Assembly: GCA_017552705.1 (NCBI GenBank)
Contig: JAFZOY010000010.1
Coordinates: forward strand, 3,486-67,485
DNA length: 64,000 nt
Direction: 5' to 3'
From: Bacteroidales bacterium
GTDB taxonomy: Bacteria; Bacteroidota; Bacteroidia; Bacteroidales; UBA1715
Positions 10,601-20,842 of this stretch are shown here, one piece after another (the stretch's first letter is position 1; each line of letters opens with the position of its first letter). A model generated the notes under the pieces. That model had not been told where the DNA came from. It did not search any database and saw nothing but the letters and a program-made list of their open reading frames with translations. The position numbers and the translations under genes are program-made.

Positions 10601-11036
10601 ACAGCAAACCATCATCGTCTTCAACAATATCATACACATCGTTGTTGCTCAACGAATTTTCATCGTTGGGATCGTGCATATAGCGGACGAACGTTTCGGT
10701 AAGCGGATTGTATTCGTTCAAACCACCGCCCAACGTACCAATCCAGATTTTTCCGTACGAATCCAAATACAGCGACAAGATACGGTTGCTCGAAATCGAC
10801 TCGGGATTATTTGGCTCAGGCTTAAACACCTTGAACGTATAACCATCATAACGGTTCAAACCATCGAGAGTGGCAAACCACAAAAAGCCTGTTGAGTCCT
10901 GAATAATTGAGTTAATACTCACTTGAGACAAGCCGTCCTCCATCGAGACCTGCTCAAAATACATCTGAGGTTGTTGCTGGGCAAAGCCGACAACAGACAG
11001 CACAACAAGAATAATATTACTCAGAAACCTCTTCAT
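7641..11036 (-). CDS. Periplasmic two-component-regulator-propeller (Reg_prop/Y_Y_Y) sensor fused through one TM helix and a coiled coil to a SpoIIE/PP2C-type serine phosphatase domain
   Basis: It has a signal peptide MKRFLSNIILVVLSVVGFAQQ. There are many repeats of the type GxLWIGTxxGGLNxYD. A Y_Y_Y-like segment (YKYRLVGFDEDWNY) is followed by a TM helix WFYSVLILFLGLAIYIYI. The C-terminal PP2C motifs are SGDFYWF and AAVDCTGHGVPGAFMS. Confidence 0.85.
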   Translation of the reverse strand: MKRFLSNIILVVLSVVGFAQQQPQMYFEQVSMEDGLSQVSINSIIQDSTGFLWFATLDGLNRYDGYTFKVFKPEPNNPESISSNRILSLYLDSYGKIWIGTLGGGLNEYNPLTETFVRYMHDPNDENSLSNNDVYDIVEDDDGLLWLATYGGGLNCFDPKIHKFTSYKHNPSNLNSIGSNQVRTVNKDRFGNLWVGVNEGGGLDKFDKRTGIFTHVDFINHDIMSIECDRHGDLWIGTYYGGFGVMNPETHKYKVFENNPLDTLSLSNNIVWTFYEDTITNIMYVGTRGGGLNYFDVNTKEFLGAEKMHQHDYAISSNNILSILRDKSGILWLGSETAGLNKYNTHRKKFSLLHPSQDFKSMITSDNVMTILEIKNYSAEHDGHFLVGTRGAGLLYYDKDFNVIKTYQSTNDDKNNINMITAIVQDPRGFFWLGTDGNGLFRFSLEKGVLDHYEYVEEASNVLSNNAVTALCLDAQLRLWIGTYGGGLCKYEWEKGKFTKYDVNTSNFMRNVIWSVMLDSQDVIWAGTNGRGIMRVDPETNVVEFFEPDQNHANSLNSEIVYSLLETRNGTFWVGTGGAGICKFNRREKTFISYTKKSHGLTNDMVLAMQEDRRGNLWISTCYGISRFAPFAETFTNYNESDGLQGNAFNERATFKSSSGMLYFGGSKGMSYFFPDSITNDTYTGHVVVTGLKIYNKEVEIGDEIQGEVILHQAITMTKELSLSYKYNFSIEFSILNNVAPSKVQYKYRLVGFDEDWNYTDASKRSATYTNLAGGEYIFEVTATNNDGVWSNEITQLTITIVPPFWKTTWFYSVLILFLGLAIYIYIKYREHFYKEENAKLEKMVNDRTEEIAEQNKKLEIQSDMLTHNNEELAKTNRLIKDSISYAKRIQDAILPPISELHTYFPNAFILFKPRDIVSGDFYWFTEREGYMYVAAVDCTGHGVPGAFMSMIGATLLQQITYKKLRTPAEVLDKLNIGVRTALNQKANASPESQEDGMDITLCLINKVEKTVQVAAANHVVYCVHDGLIETIEGDMASVGGSMNTEVNIYSNHQFSYTPGTRLYMFSDGYQDQFGGDENKKFLGVHFKKLLFETSTLPMEQQCEKLDTTFEKWKGQRKQIDDVLVLGLELD

Positions 11037-11109
11037 TTAGAAAAATAAACCCGTAAATATAAGAATTTATTTTCTTCTTTGGCACCTGATTCTCGAAAAA
11101 AACAACAAA

Positions 11110-13545
11110 TTACCGCAATTCTGCACCCAATTCCTTGGTATAATTCGCAATCAAACGATTCATTACGGCATCAATCTGCACATCGTTCAGGGTTTTTTGG
11201 TCGTCCTGCAACAAGAATGAAACCGCATAGGATTTCTTTCCTTCAGGAATACCTTTTCCTTCGTACACATCGAACACATTGACTTGCTTCAACAATTTCT
11301 TTTCGGTTGAGAATGCGATTTTTTGGATTTGTTCGAATGTTACCGATGAATTTATCAGCAATGCCAAATCACGGCGCACAGCTGGATATTGCGGCAATTC
11401 TTTGTACTGGATTTTCTGACGATAGTTTGCAAGAATTACATCCCAATATATTTCAGCAAAATACACTGGTTTGTCAATATCGAACTTTTTCAGAATTGAT
11501 TTCGAAACCGAACCCAAACGTGCTATTGGCTTGTTATTCAATATAGTACATTCCAATCCAGAAAGCATATCGTCGCTTTTCGTAACGAACTGCAGATTTT
11601 GCAATCCTAATTTTGCAACAATCTTTTGCACAGCGGATTTCAACACGAAGATATTCGTATCTTGTTGTTTTTCAGCCCAATATTGTGCATTTTGCTTACC
11701 CGTAACGCAAAGCGAAAGTTGGCGGGATTCCCCATATTTATCGGTTACAGAACCCTCAGCGGCTTTTGTATAGTAAATGCTACCGAACTCAAACAACGAC
11801 AAATCGTTTTGCTGACGGTTTACATTGTGGGAAACGACCTCCAACGCACTGAATAACATTGTATTACGCATACAATCCAATTCTGCGCCAAGAGGATTCA
11901 TGATTTTCACTAAATGATTTTTGCAATCATTCTCCAAATCAGTATAATACGATGAATTGGTCAACGAGTTATTCATAATTTCATACCAACCGCTATCAAC
12001 AAGCATATCGGCAATCATATTGCGGAGTTTCGTTTGATTTACGCCATCAATATGAGTTATTGCGGCATGGAGATTCGTTGAAAATTCAACATTATTATAT
12101 CCATAAATGCGCAGAACATCTTCAATAACATCCTCGGCACGTTGCACATCAACACGATATTGAGGAACGAGCAGTTCGAGATTTCTGCCATTTTCCGCAG
12201 CAATAGTGATTTCCAGACCAGCCAAAATCTTCTTAAATGTCTCATCTCCAATATTTTTTCCCATCAAAGAATACGCTTTGTCCAGATTCAACGAAACCTT
12301 GAACGGAGCAAACTCTTCTGGATGAGAATCAAAAATAGGACCGCAGATTTCACCTCCGGCAACCTCTTGAATCAACAATGCCGCACGTTTCAACGCATAA
12401 TTCGTGATATTTGGATCGATACCTCGTTCGTAGCGGAACGAAGCATCGGTGGAAAGTCCATGACGACGAGCAGTTTTTCGTATCGAAACAGGATTGAAAT
12501 ATGCACTTTCGATAAATACTGATGTGGTTGCCTCAGTAACGCCCGACTCCAAACCGCCAAATACACCGGCAATACACATAGGTTTTTGAGTATTGCAAAT
12601 CATTAAATCATCTGACGACAATTCACGTTCAACACCATCGAGAGTGACAAATTTAGTTTTATCGGCAACCGTATTCACATGAATTTCATTACCTTCAATT
12701 TTTGCGACATCGAACGCATGAAGCGGTTGACACAATTCATGTAGAATAAAGTTCGTAACATCCACAACATTATTGATTGGACGAAGTCCGATAGATTTCA
12801 AACGTGTCTGCAACCATTCAGGAGACTCTTTCACCGTAATACCTGAAACCACGACACCCGAATATCTCGGACACAAGTCAGGACGGTCAACCACAACCGA
12901 AATCGGAGATTGTTTCCCAGACAACTTAAACGCATCAACCGATGGTTTTGTTAGTGTAACTGCACCATTCACATTCAGATACGCGGCGATATCACGAGCC
13001 ACACCATAATGCGAAGCCGCATCGACACGATTCGGAGTCAAACCGATTTCAAAAATATAATCGTCCTTTACATTAAAATATTCAGCTGCTGGAGTTCCAA
13101 CGGCAACAGAATCAGGCAACACCATAATTCCATCGTGACTTGTGCCGACACCAATTTCGTCTTCGGCGCAGATCATTCCGCAAGAAACCTCGCCACGAAT
13201 TTTCGAACGTTTTATTACAAATTCCTTATCGCCATCATACAATTTGGTGCCTTCCGTAGCAACCACAACTGTCTGTCCAGCCGCAACATTTGGCGCACCG
13301 CACACTATCGGCAATATTTCAGGACCGCCAACATCAACGGTCGTTATATGCAAATGGTCGGAATTCGGATGATCGACGCATGTAAGCACTTTGCCCACCA
13401 CAATACCTTCCAAACCACCTTTTATTGTTTGATATTTTTCCAAGCCTTCGACTTCCAACCCTATGTCAGTCAACACTTTTGATGCCGTTTCCACATCAAT
13501 ATCAAGCTGAATGTATTCCTTCAGCCAATTCCATGAAATATTCAT
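11110..13545 (-). CDS. pheT: Phenylalanine--tRNA ligase beta subunit
   Basis: This is an 811 aa protein. It has the typical N-terminus MNISWNWLKEYIQLDIDVETASKVLTDIGLEVEG, a tRNA-binding domain, and B3/4, B5 and FDX-ACB-like regions. Confidence 0.95.
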   Translation of the reverse strand: MNISWNWLKEYIQLDIDVETASKVLTDIGLEVEGLEKYQTIKGGLEGIVVGKVLTCVDHPNSDHLHITTVDVGGPEILPIVCGAPNVAAGQTVVVATEGTKLYDGDKEFVIKRSKIRGEVSCGMICAEDEIGVGTSHDGIMVLPDSVAVGTPAAEYFNVKDDYIFEIGLTPNRVDAASHYGVARDIAAYLNVNGAVTLTKPSVDAFKLSGKQSPISVVVDRPDLCPRYSGVVVSGITVKESPEWLQTRLKSIGLRPINNVVDVTNFILHELCQPLHAFDVAKIEGNEIHVNTVADKTKFVTLDGVERELSSDDLMICNTQKPMCIAGVFGGLESGVTEATTSVFIESAYFNPVSIRKTARRHGLSTDASFRYERGIDPNITNYALKRAALLIQEVAGGEICGPIFDSHPEEFAPFKVSLNLDKAYSLMGKNIGDETFKKILAGLEITIAAENGRNLELLVPQYRVDVQRAEDVIEDVLRIYGYNNVEFSTNLHAAITHIDGVNQTKLRNMIADMLVDSGWYEIMNNSLTNSSYYTDLENDCKNHLVKIMNPLGAELDCMRNTMLFSALEVVSHNVNRQQNDLSLFEFGSIYYTKAAEGSVTDKYGESRQLSLCVTGKQNAQYWAEKQQDTNIFVLKSAVQKIVAKLGLQNLQFVTKSDDMLSGLECTILNNKPIARLGSVSKSILKKFDIDKPVYFAEIYWDVILANYRQKIQYKELPQYPAVRRDLALLINSSVTFEQIQKIAFSTEKKLLKQVNVFDVYEGKGIPEGKKSYAVSFLLQDDQKTLNDVQIDAVMNRLIANYTKELGAELR

Positions 13546-13632
13546 CTTCTACCTTTATAAATTAAGCCAAACAAAAGTACACATTTTTTGGATTTTCGCT
13601 ACTGTAATTGATAATAAGAAAATGTTTTCGAA

Positions 13633-14523
13633 TCAATTACTAAACCGACGCAAATCCTTCACATAAAAAGTCCATTGCGGAGTTCGAATCATAGTTTCGT
13701 CACCGCTGTCAAGCGGAACAGTGAACCACGGACTTTCATCATCCTCATAATTCTTTAGAATTTCCATTTCTTGGGCAGGCGTAAAACCTTGTGCCAACAT
13801 CAGTTTCACCGTTTTTTCCACATCATTGTACAGCGCATCAAGAATCAGCACCGCATGACCATTATGTCCAGTTTGAATCAGCACATCGCCTGGGCGGACA
13901 TCACGAATGTTGACTTTCACCATTTCGCGCGACAACGACGACACGGTAGTGTTTTTCAGCACATGGTCGAGATATTTCTTAAAATTTTCACGACCATAAT
14001 CAAGTTCGGCAGTATGCTCCCAACCATTGTTGGTGTTATTTACCCGAAATCCAGCCGCCCATTTTGCATACGAGCACACAAAACCATTGATGTAATTGAA
14101 GTGGATACGCCCGTACAATTTCGAGTTATACAAATATTCCGCCCGAAGCCGAATAATGAAACCTGAACTTTGGTGGCAGCCCGCAGGAGTCAACGGCAAA
14201 TCCAATACGCCAATCTGCACATCGAAACTTTTTTCTTCACCATCGGCAAAATGCGTTTTATAGGTGGCAGGTTTCAGCGGAAGATTTAACAGATAATATT
14301 CAAACGTGCCATTCACAACCGATTTACGGTAATAATTCGCGCCAGCTTTGGTGATATCGAAACGAGCGCCAATCGTAAATCCCTCTGGGTTAATATATTT
14401 GCTTGTTTTTTCCGACGGTACTGCCCGGGATTGCGTTTCCGCAGTATCAATTTGTTGGTGGGCATACGAGCAACATACCGAAACGCACAACAACCAAAAA
14501 CAAGCTAATCGTTTCAAAATCAT
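13633..14523 (-). CDS. Exported hypothetical protein (Bacteroidota-type DUF, possibly DUF4846-like; family assignment from memory only)
   Basis: The start was refined to ATG 14523 (MILKRLACFWLLCVSVCCSYAHQ, a signal peptide). It has coding-like composition and sits 4 nt from the upstream gene. Confidence 0.6.
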   Translation of the reverse strand: MILKRLACFWLLCVSVCCSYAHQQIDTAETQSRAVPSEKTSKYINPEGFTIGARFDITKAGANYYRKSVVNGTFEYYLLNLPLKPATYKTHFADGEEKSFDVQIGVLDLPLTPAGCHQSSGFIIRLRAEYLYNSKLYGRIHFNYINGFVCSYAKWAAGFRVNNTNNGWEHTAELDYGRENFKKYLDHVLKNTTVSSLSREMVKVNIRDVRPGDVLIQTGHNGHAVLILDALYNDVEKTVKLMLAQGFTPAQEMEILKNYEDDESPWFTVPLDSGDETMIRTPQWTFYVKDLRRFSN

Positions 14524-14527
14524 ATTA

Positions 14528-15682
14528 TTATCTATTAAAATACCACGTTTTAATTTTATGTAAAAATCCTGCCCGACGCCCAACAAATGCAAGCAAATCC
14601 ATCGTCCACGGAAGTTTTTTTATACATTTTTGTATCAAATATCGACTGTGCATTTCGCGCTCCACACGATTACGCAACATTTGGGAATATGCAGCGGTCG
14701 CCGATTTCGAACAATCGTTTTTCAGCACACACGATTCAGCAACTTGGGCGGCAAAATATCCACTCACCATTGCCGAGCCAATTCCACCGCCAGATATAGG
14801 ATCGATAAGACTTGCGGCATCACCACACACGCAGAAATTATCGCCGTAACAATTGTATGTATCAACACTATACGGAACCAACCCACCCTGAATTGGCGAC
14901 AGCCGTTTCGCGTCGGAAAAACGCTCACTCAGCCGTTCATCGGTAGCAATCCACGATTCAAAAACCGTACGAATGTCAGTCTGCAACGCCGGTTCCTCCA
15001 CATTACAACCAAATCCAACGTTCGCAGAACCATCAGCCAACGGAAAAATCCACAAATAGCCAGGGAAAAACTCCTTTTTATAATGAAGTTCCAACGTATC
15101 GGGTTTTAAATCTTTCACCCCTGAATAATATGCACGGACGGCCACCCCCATTGATTTTCTATCATATTGGGAACCAGTTAGTTTTCGTGCGATTCCCGAT
15201 GTGGCCCCGGTACAAACCAACACCATTTTCGCACCAAACACATCTCCATTTTCGGCATTCAAAACCAGAACATCATCATGCCGCTCCACCGTACGAATGC
15301 CGCAATTTTGGAACACCGTCACCGATTTTCCGTCCCGTTGCACCAACGAAAACAAAAAATTATCGAATTCCTGCCGTTTACACGTGTAGCCAAAATTCTT
15401 AAAATCAATACTATACGAACGATTTTTATATATCAGTTCCGTATTTCGAATACACATTGACTTCTGGGTGGAAAGAAATTCCTCGAGATACGCAGGATTG
15501 ATTGCTTTTAGCGTGTTGACGCTTCGATCGCACAAACCATCGCCGCAAATCTTATTTCGGGGAAATTCCGATTTTTCAAACAAACCAACGGAACAACTGG
15601 AGTTGCGTAACGTTAAAGCGGCAGAACATCCCGATGGTCCCGCTCCGATTATTGCAATATCAAAAAAATTTTTGTATTCCAT
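14528..15682 (-). CDS. FAD-dependent oxidoreductase, geranylgeranyl-reductase family
   Basis: It has the Rossmann motif DIAIIGAGPSGCSAAL, a KICGDGL motif and a C-terminal GDAASLIDPISGGGI motif. The start was refined to ATG 15682 (MEYKNFFD). Confidence 0.8.
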   Translation of the reverse strand: MEYKNFFDIAIIGAGPSGCSAALTLRNSSCSVGLFEKSEFPRNKICGDGLCDRSVNTLKAINPAYLEEFLSTQKSMCIRNTELIYKNRSYSIDFKNFGYTCKRQEFDNFLFSLVQRDGKSVTVFQNCGIRTVERHDDVLVLNAENGDVFGAKMVLVCTGATSGIARKLTGSQYDRKSMGVAVRAYYSGVKDLKPDTLELHYKKEFFPGYLWIFPLADGSANVGFGCNVEEPALQTDIRTVFESWIATDERLSERFSDAKRLSPIQGGLVPYSVDTYNCYGDNFCVCGDAASLIDPISGGGIGSAMVSGYFAAQVAESCVLKNDCSKSATAAYSQMLRNRVEREMHSRYLIQKCIKKLPWTMDLLAFVGRRAGFLHKIKTWYFNR

Positions 15683-15802
15683 CGCCGCAAAGATACGAAT
15701 AAACAAACTAAATCGTGTTCATAGGTATAAATCTTCATAAATGAGACACAATTTATCTTGACACATATTGCAGATTTCGGTATTTTTAGAAAAATTTTCG
15801 TT

Positions 15803-18800
15803 ATGCTAAATATTTATAAAGCCTCTGCTGGAGCAGGGAAAACATACACGCTCACGTTACAGTATATTCAACTTTTATTCAAAAATCCAAAGAATTACCG
15901 TAAAACCTTGGCTGTTACCTTCACCAACAACGCCTGTGGGGAAATGAAAAACAGAATTTTAGAGGCGCTTTACGAACTCTCATACAATTCTAAGGCAAAA
16001 TATATCAGCGAATTACAAGCAGACGGACATTCGTTGACATATATTCAAAACACCGCGGCAAACCTTTATAAGGAAATACTGCACAACTACTCATTTTTCT
16101 ACATTGAGACTATAGATTCCTTCACCCAGAAAATAATCCGCGCCTTCGCAAAAGACCTCAGACTAGCGCCAAAATTCACATTGGAACTGCGCAAAGACGA
16201 AATTCTAGAAACGATTGTCAAAAATCTACTCGTTCATTCTCTTGAAAACGAAGAACTCCACCAAACCATTGTGGATTTTGCGTTCGACGACATTGAGGAG
16301 AACAAAAACACCGACATAAAGAGGGAAATCATCAGGGAGAGCAATATATTTTTCAGCGAGCAATACCAGGATTCCATTGTTGAAAACGAAGACCAAAAAA
16401 CAAAAATCAACAATCTCCGCAATTTGTTCAAGCAAATGGAGGAACACGTCTCCACGTACGAAAAAACAGTTTCGGGACTTGCAGCGGAAGCGCTCAAAAA
16501 AATTGAACAGTCTGGTTTACAGATAGATAAAGATTTTAAAGGCGGTTCAAGGCAAAACAAATTGCTTGTACTTAAAAAACTGAAAAACAAAGATTTCAGC
16601 AAAGAATTGGCAGAAGCGGCGTGCTATGCCGAAGAAGTAACAGGGAAAAACTTTGTTGCGGAAATTCAAAAATTATATTCCCCTGATTTTCAGCAACTTT
16701 TAATAAAACTTCACAATCTTACAAGCAATGAATCTGAAGAAAAACGCATAATACTGACGGAACAAAAAATTCTGGCCCACAAACAAGGAATTATTCTTTC
16801 GCAATATATTCAGAATGAGTTAGATACATATTGCAAAGACGAAAATACATTTTTCCTTGCGTTTGCCAACAAATTCCTCAAAACCATTATCAACGGAAGC
16901 GACACGCCATTTGTATATGAGAAAATCGGTCAAACCATTGACAATATTATGATTGACGAGTTCCAAGACACATCGAAGATGCAATGGGAAAACTTTAAGC
17001 CAATCATATCCAACTTGTTAGGAACATCGCACGATGCTCTCATAATCGGTGATGTGAAACAATCAATCTACCGATTCCGAAATGGAGACTGGAAACTACT
17101 CCACTACTTACACGAAAACCAAGAGTTTGATTCTCAGATATATACTATCCCCGACAACCACAGAAGCCTACGAAACATTGTGGAGTTCAACAATTCGTTT
17201 TTCTCGGCATACGCCAACTACGTTGAATACAATTTCAATGCGGAACATGCAACATCGCACGACACAATACAAAACATTTATAGCGACTGCAAACAAGGCG
17301 TGACCAAAGGCGACGGCGGGTGCGTGGAAATCAGCGTAATCAATGCGAAGAACGAACTCAGCAGCGAAGACGCGGAAAATGTCCTGCTTGAATCGATTTT
17401 TGAAAAAGTGGTCTCACTTTTCAAAGCGGGACGCAAGCCCGACGACATCGTGTTTCTATGTTACAGGAACAAGGACATCAGCGAATTGGTTTCGTTCTTC
17501 AACGAGAAGAAAAAACTTCCTGAATTTGAAGCCTACAAAGATGCGTTTTCTATAGTAAGCAAAGAAGCTCTATTGTTGAATAACTCTCCTGCTATTCTAT
17601 TCATAACCACTTACTTACAAAAACTCATAGAGCCAGAAAACACAAAAGCGGAAGCATATCTCAACGAATTGCTCAGCGTCCTTTACAAACAAATCCACCA
17701 ATCCGATGAATTGCCCGCAGCGACCATCCAACGCAATATGTCACTGTTTGAAACGTGCGAAAGCATCATAGAAATATTTGAATTGGCTACAGAGACGGAA
17801 ATTCCGTTTATCACTGATTTCCAGAATCTTGTATATGCATACTGCAAAAACAACAATACAAGCATTTCACATTTTCTGGAACATTGGAACGAAATCCAAG
17901 ACAAAACGTATCTACAACAAGCAAACGTGTCGGGTTGCATGAGCGCATCAACCGTACACAGTTCCAAAGGTCTTGAATATCCCGTGGTGATTATGCCACG
18001 ATTCACAAAACGGCGACTTCCGAACATAACCGCCTTATACAAAACAACATACAAAGAACTTCCGTTGGTCAATCTCACCGGAAATTTATGCAACACGCAT
18101 CTCGAGGACGAATATGTGGCAGAACTTTTCAATACCGAAATCGACAACATAAATGCGTTGTACGTGGCTTGTACACGACCTCGCGAAGAATTGTACATTT
18201 TCGATAAATGCACCACCAAAGACAAAAGTGCGCAAAAGATTTTCGACTCAGTTCTCACCACCTTACCCAATGCCGAAATCAAAAATTACACGTTTCGTAT
18301 TGGAGAGCCGGCCGCTTCAAAACAAAAAGAGCAGCAACAGCAAATGCAATATTTCAACACATACCCTATCGTCACGATTCCCGAAGGAGAAACGGCAAAC
18401 ACAAAATTGTTGCCAGACAAAAACGCAAAAGATTTCGTTGAAAAACTACAATCTCCCGAAACCGAGCGAGAGCATGGCTTGCTGATGCACAAGATTCTCG
18501 AACACATCAACACCATCGCCGACATCGAGCGATACGTGAACCAATATTGTCCGCCCGAAATTTATTCTCAGGACGACAAAAACACCATCAGCAAAAAACT
18601 GACTGAAAAACTTTCGGACGAACGGATTGCGCACTGGTTCGACGATTCGTGGGACTGCATTCTAACCGAACAACCGCTTATGTTGCAAAACGGCACCGAA
18701 AAACGTCCCGACCGTATGCTCATCAAAGGGAAAAATGTAACGATTATCGACTATAAATTTACCAAAGACAAGCCCGACAGCCATAAAAAACAAGTGAGAG

Positions 18801-18889
18801 AATATATGAATATCCTCTCACTTATGGGCTATACCGCACAAGGGTATATTTGGTATGTTGATTTAGACGAAATCGTCGACGTTGCCTAA
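15803..18889 (+). CDS. UvrD/AddA-type helicase-nuclease (SF1 helicase with a C-terminal PD-(D/E)XK nuclease)
   Basis: The Walker A motif ASAGAGKTYTL lies right after ATG 15803. Other helicase motifs are MIDEFQDTS, GDVKQSIYRFRNGD and SSKGLEYPVV. The C-terminal nuclease motif is RPDRM…TIIDYKFTK. Confidence 0.85.
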   Translation: MLNIYKASAGAGKTYTLTLQYIQLLFKNPKNYRKTLAVTFTNNACGEMKNRILEALYELSYNSKAKYISELQADGHSLTYIQNTAANLYKEILHNYSFFYIETIDSFTQKIIRAFAKDLRLAPKFTLELRKDEILETIVKNLLVHSLENEELHQTIVDFAFDDIEENKNTDIKREIIRESNIFFSEQYQDSIVENEDQKTKINNLRNLFKQMEEHVSTYEKTVSGLAAEALKKIEQSGLQIDKDFKGGSRQNKLLVLKKLKNKDFSKELAEAACYAEEVTGKNFVAEIQKLYSPDFQQLLIKLHNLTSNESEEKRIILTEQKILAHKQGIILSQYIQNELDTYCKDENTFFLAFANKFLKTIINGSDTPFVYEKIGQTIDNIMIDEFQDTSKMQWENFKPIISNLLGTSHDALIIGDVKQSIYRFRNGDWKLLHYLHENQEFDSQIYTIPDNHRSLRNIVEFNNSFFSAYANYVEYNFNAEHATSHDTIQNIYSDCKQGVTKGDGGCVEISVINAKNELSSEDAENVLLESIFEKVVSLFKAGRKPDDIVFLCYRNKDISELVSFFNEKKKLPEFEAYKDAFSIVSKEALLLNNSPAILFITTYLQKLIEPENTKAEAYLNELLSVLYKQIHQSDELPAATIQRNMSLFETCESIIEIFELATETEIPFITDFQNLVYAYCKNNNTSISHFLEHWNEIQDKTYLQQANVSGCMSASTVHSSKGLEYPVVIMPRFTKRRLPNITALYKTTYKELPLVNLTGNLCNTHLEDEYVAELFNTEIDNINALYVACTRPREELYIFDKCTTKDKSAQKIFDSVLTTLPNAEIKNYTFRIGEPAASKQKEQQQQMQYFNTYPIVTIPEGETANTKLLPDKNAKDFVEKLQSPETEREHGLLMHKILEHINTIADIERYVNQYCPPEIYSQDDKNTISKKLTEKLSDERIAHWFDDSWDCILTEQPLMLQNGTEKRPDRMLIKGKNVTIIDYKFTKDKPDSHKKQVREYMNILSLMGYTAQGYIWYVDLDEIVDVA

Positions 18890-20691
18890 ACAAACAATTT
18901 TGCAATTGTTTCTTTGTAACGATCGGCAACAACGCCACGTTTTACCTTCAACGTTGGAGTTAGGAAACCATTTTCCATTCCCCAAGTTTCGGGAACAAGT
19001 TCGAATTTCTTAATTTGTTCAGTATCACCAAATTCCTTGTTGAACGTATCAATTTCACGTTTGAAACGAGCGATGATAGTTTTATCCTTCACCAATTCAG
19101 CAGGGCTGGTATATTGAACCTCGTGGCCTGCGCACCATGTTTTCAAGAATTCGAAATTCGGAGAAATAATTGCAGCGGCAAATTTCTGACCTTCACCCAC
19201 AACAACCATGTTTTCGATGAATGGAGAAGTAGTGAAACGTTCCTCAAGAATCTGTGGGTTCACATATTTACCAAATGCTGTTTTGAACAACGATTTGATA
19301 CGACCTGTAAGAATCAACTGACCTCTGTCGTTGAATTTTCCAAGGTCGCCCGTGTGCATCCAACCATCTTCGTCGATTACCTCAGCAGTCAATTCAGGAG
19401 CTTTGTAGTAACCCATCATCACATTGTGACCTTTACAAATAACCTCGCCACGTTCAGAAATACGAACATCAACGCCATCAAGAGCTTGACCTACAGTACC
19501 AGCCTCACGACCATATTTGTTACGGTTGCTTACAGCGATAACCGGCGAAGTTTCTGTCATTCCATAGCCTTCGAACATTGGCATACCTGCCGCACAGAAG
19601 AACGAAACCAAATGAGAAGGAATTGCTGCGGAACCCGACACGATAATATCGAAATCGCCACCAACAGCAGCCGTAATCTTATTGAGGACTAATTTTCTTG
19701 CAATGGCAAGTTTCAAATTGTAGCCAAATGGACGGTCACCTCTTTCAATGCGATATTGTTTTGCAACGTTAATCGACCAGTAGAAAATCTTTTTCGAGAA
19801 GCCAGTCAATTTCTTTCCGTTGTCGTAGATTTTATCATACATTTTTTCCAACACACGAGGAACGCACGTCATCATTGTCGGGCAAATTTCCTTGATGTTT
19901 TCGCCGATAGTACCCAAGTTTTGAGCATAATAAACCGACATTCCAAGATATTGGTACAAATACACCAACATACGTTCGTACACGTGGCTCAACGGCAAGA
20001 AACTCAACGCACGCGTTGACGAAGCCGATGGAGTTGCACGCAACGATTTCAACTGATTTACAATATTACTATGCGACAACATAGCACCTTTAGGTGTACC
20101 CGTTGTACCCGAAGTATAAACGATTGTAGCACAAGAATTTGTGGAAACTGCTTTTTTACGTGAATCAAGTTCTTCAGGTTTTTGGTTTGCTTTACCCAAA
20201 TCAATCAACTGTGAAAAATATGGATATTCCTTTCTGTCAATGAACGTGTAGAAATGTTCAACACTTTTCAGGTCATCTTTCACAGCGGTGATTTTTTTCA
20301 TCACTTCGGCACCTTCCATAAACACAACCTTAGCCTCGCAGTGATTCAAAATATAACGGTAATCGTTTTCGCCGATAGTTGGATAAACAGGCACAACAAC
20401 AGCACCAATCTGCATAATACCCATATCGAGCATATTCCATTCTGGACGGTTTGTTGAAATAATCGCAACCTTGTCGCCCGGCTGAACGCCCAATGCCATC
20501 AACGCATAACTAACATTGTTTGCATATTCATGGTATTCATCTGGACTATAGGTTACCCACGAACCAGTGTTTTTACCACCTAAGGCAATTTGCTGATGAG
20601 GGTTATTGTCTTTGTAATAGTCAAGAATATCAAACACTCTTGTAACATCTTTGAATTTCGAGAAATCTCTCGCTACATACTTATGAGCCAT
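18886..20691 (-). CDS. Long-chain fatty acid--CoA ligase (AMP-forming adenylating enzyme)
   Basis: The AMP-binding motif is IVYTSGTTGTPKGAMLSH. Other motifs are GYGMTETS, HTGDLG and a C-terminal TPTLKVKR. The start was refined to ATG 20691 (MAHKYVARDF). Confidence 0.9.
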   Translation of the reverse strand: MAHKYVARDFSKFKDVTRVFDILDYYKDNNPHQQIALGGKNTGSWVTYSPDEYHEYANNVSYALMALGVQPGDKVAIISTNRPEWNMLDMGIMQIGAVVVPVYPTIGENDYRYILNHCEAKVVFMEGAEVMKKITAVKDDLKSVEHFYTFIDRKEYPYFSQLIDLGKANQKPEELDSRKKAVSTNSCATIVYTSGTTGTPKGAMLSHSNIVNQLKSLRATPSASSTRALSFLPLSHVYERMLVYLYQYLGMSVYYAQNLGTIGENIKEICPTMMTCVPRVLEKMYDKIYDNGKKLTGFSKKIFYWSINVAKQYRIERGDRPFGYNLKLAIARKLVLNKITAAVGGDFDIIVSGSAAIPSHLVSFFCAAGMPMFEGYGMTETSPVIAVSNRNKYGREAGTVGQALDGVDVRISERGEVICKGHNVMMGYYKAPELTAEVIDEDGWMHTGDLGKFNDRGQLILTGRIKSLFKTAFGKYVNPQILEERFTTSPFIENMVVVGEGQKFAAAIISPNFEFLKTWCAGHEVQYTSPAELVKDKTIIARFKREIDTFNKEFGDTEQIKKFELVPETWGMENGFLTPTLKVKRGVVADRYKETIAKLFV

Positions 20692-20842
20692 AATTTTTGG
20701 TTTTGATTTCTGCAAAATTCGCAGTTATAATCTCTCGTTCAAAAAAAAAGGTATATGTGCCCTTTCGAATACGCAAAATCTTTTATTTCGGTGTGAAAAT
20801 TTCAATTGTGGGGTGAAATTCCCTAAACATGGTTGCGCGACA

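Noticed and set aside
7632-10895. Plus-strand ORFs of 240 aa (7632..8354) and 203 aa (10284..10895)
   Set aside because: They lie entirely antisense within the 1131-aa sensor-phosphatase gene. Their translations are I/H/R/F-rich nonsense.
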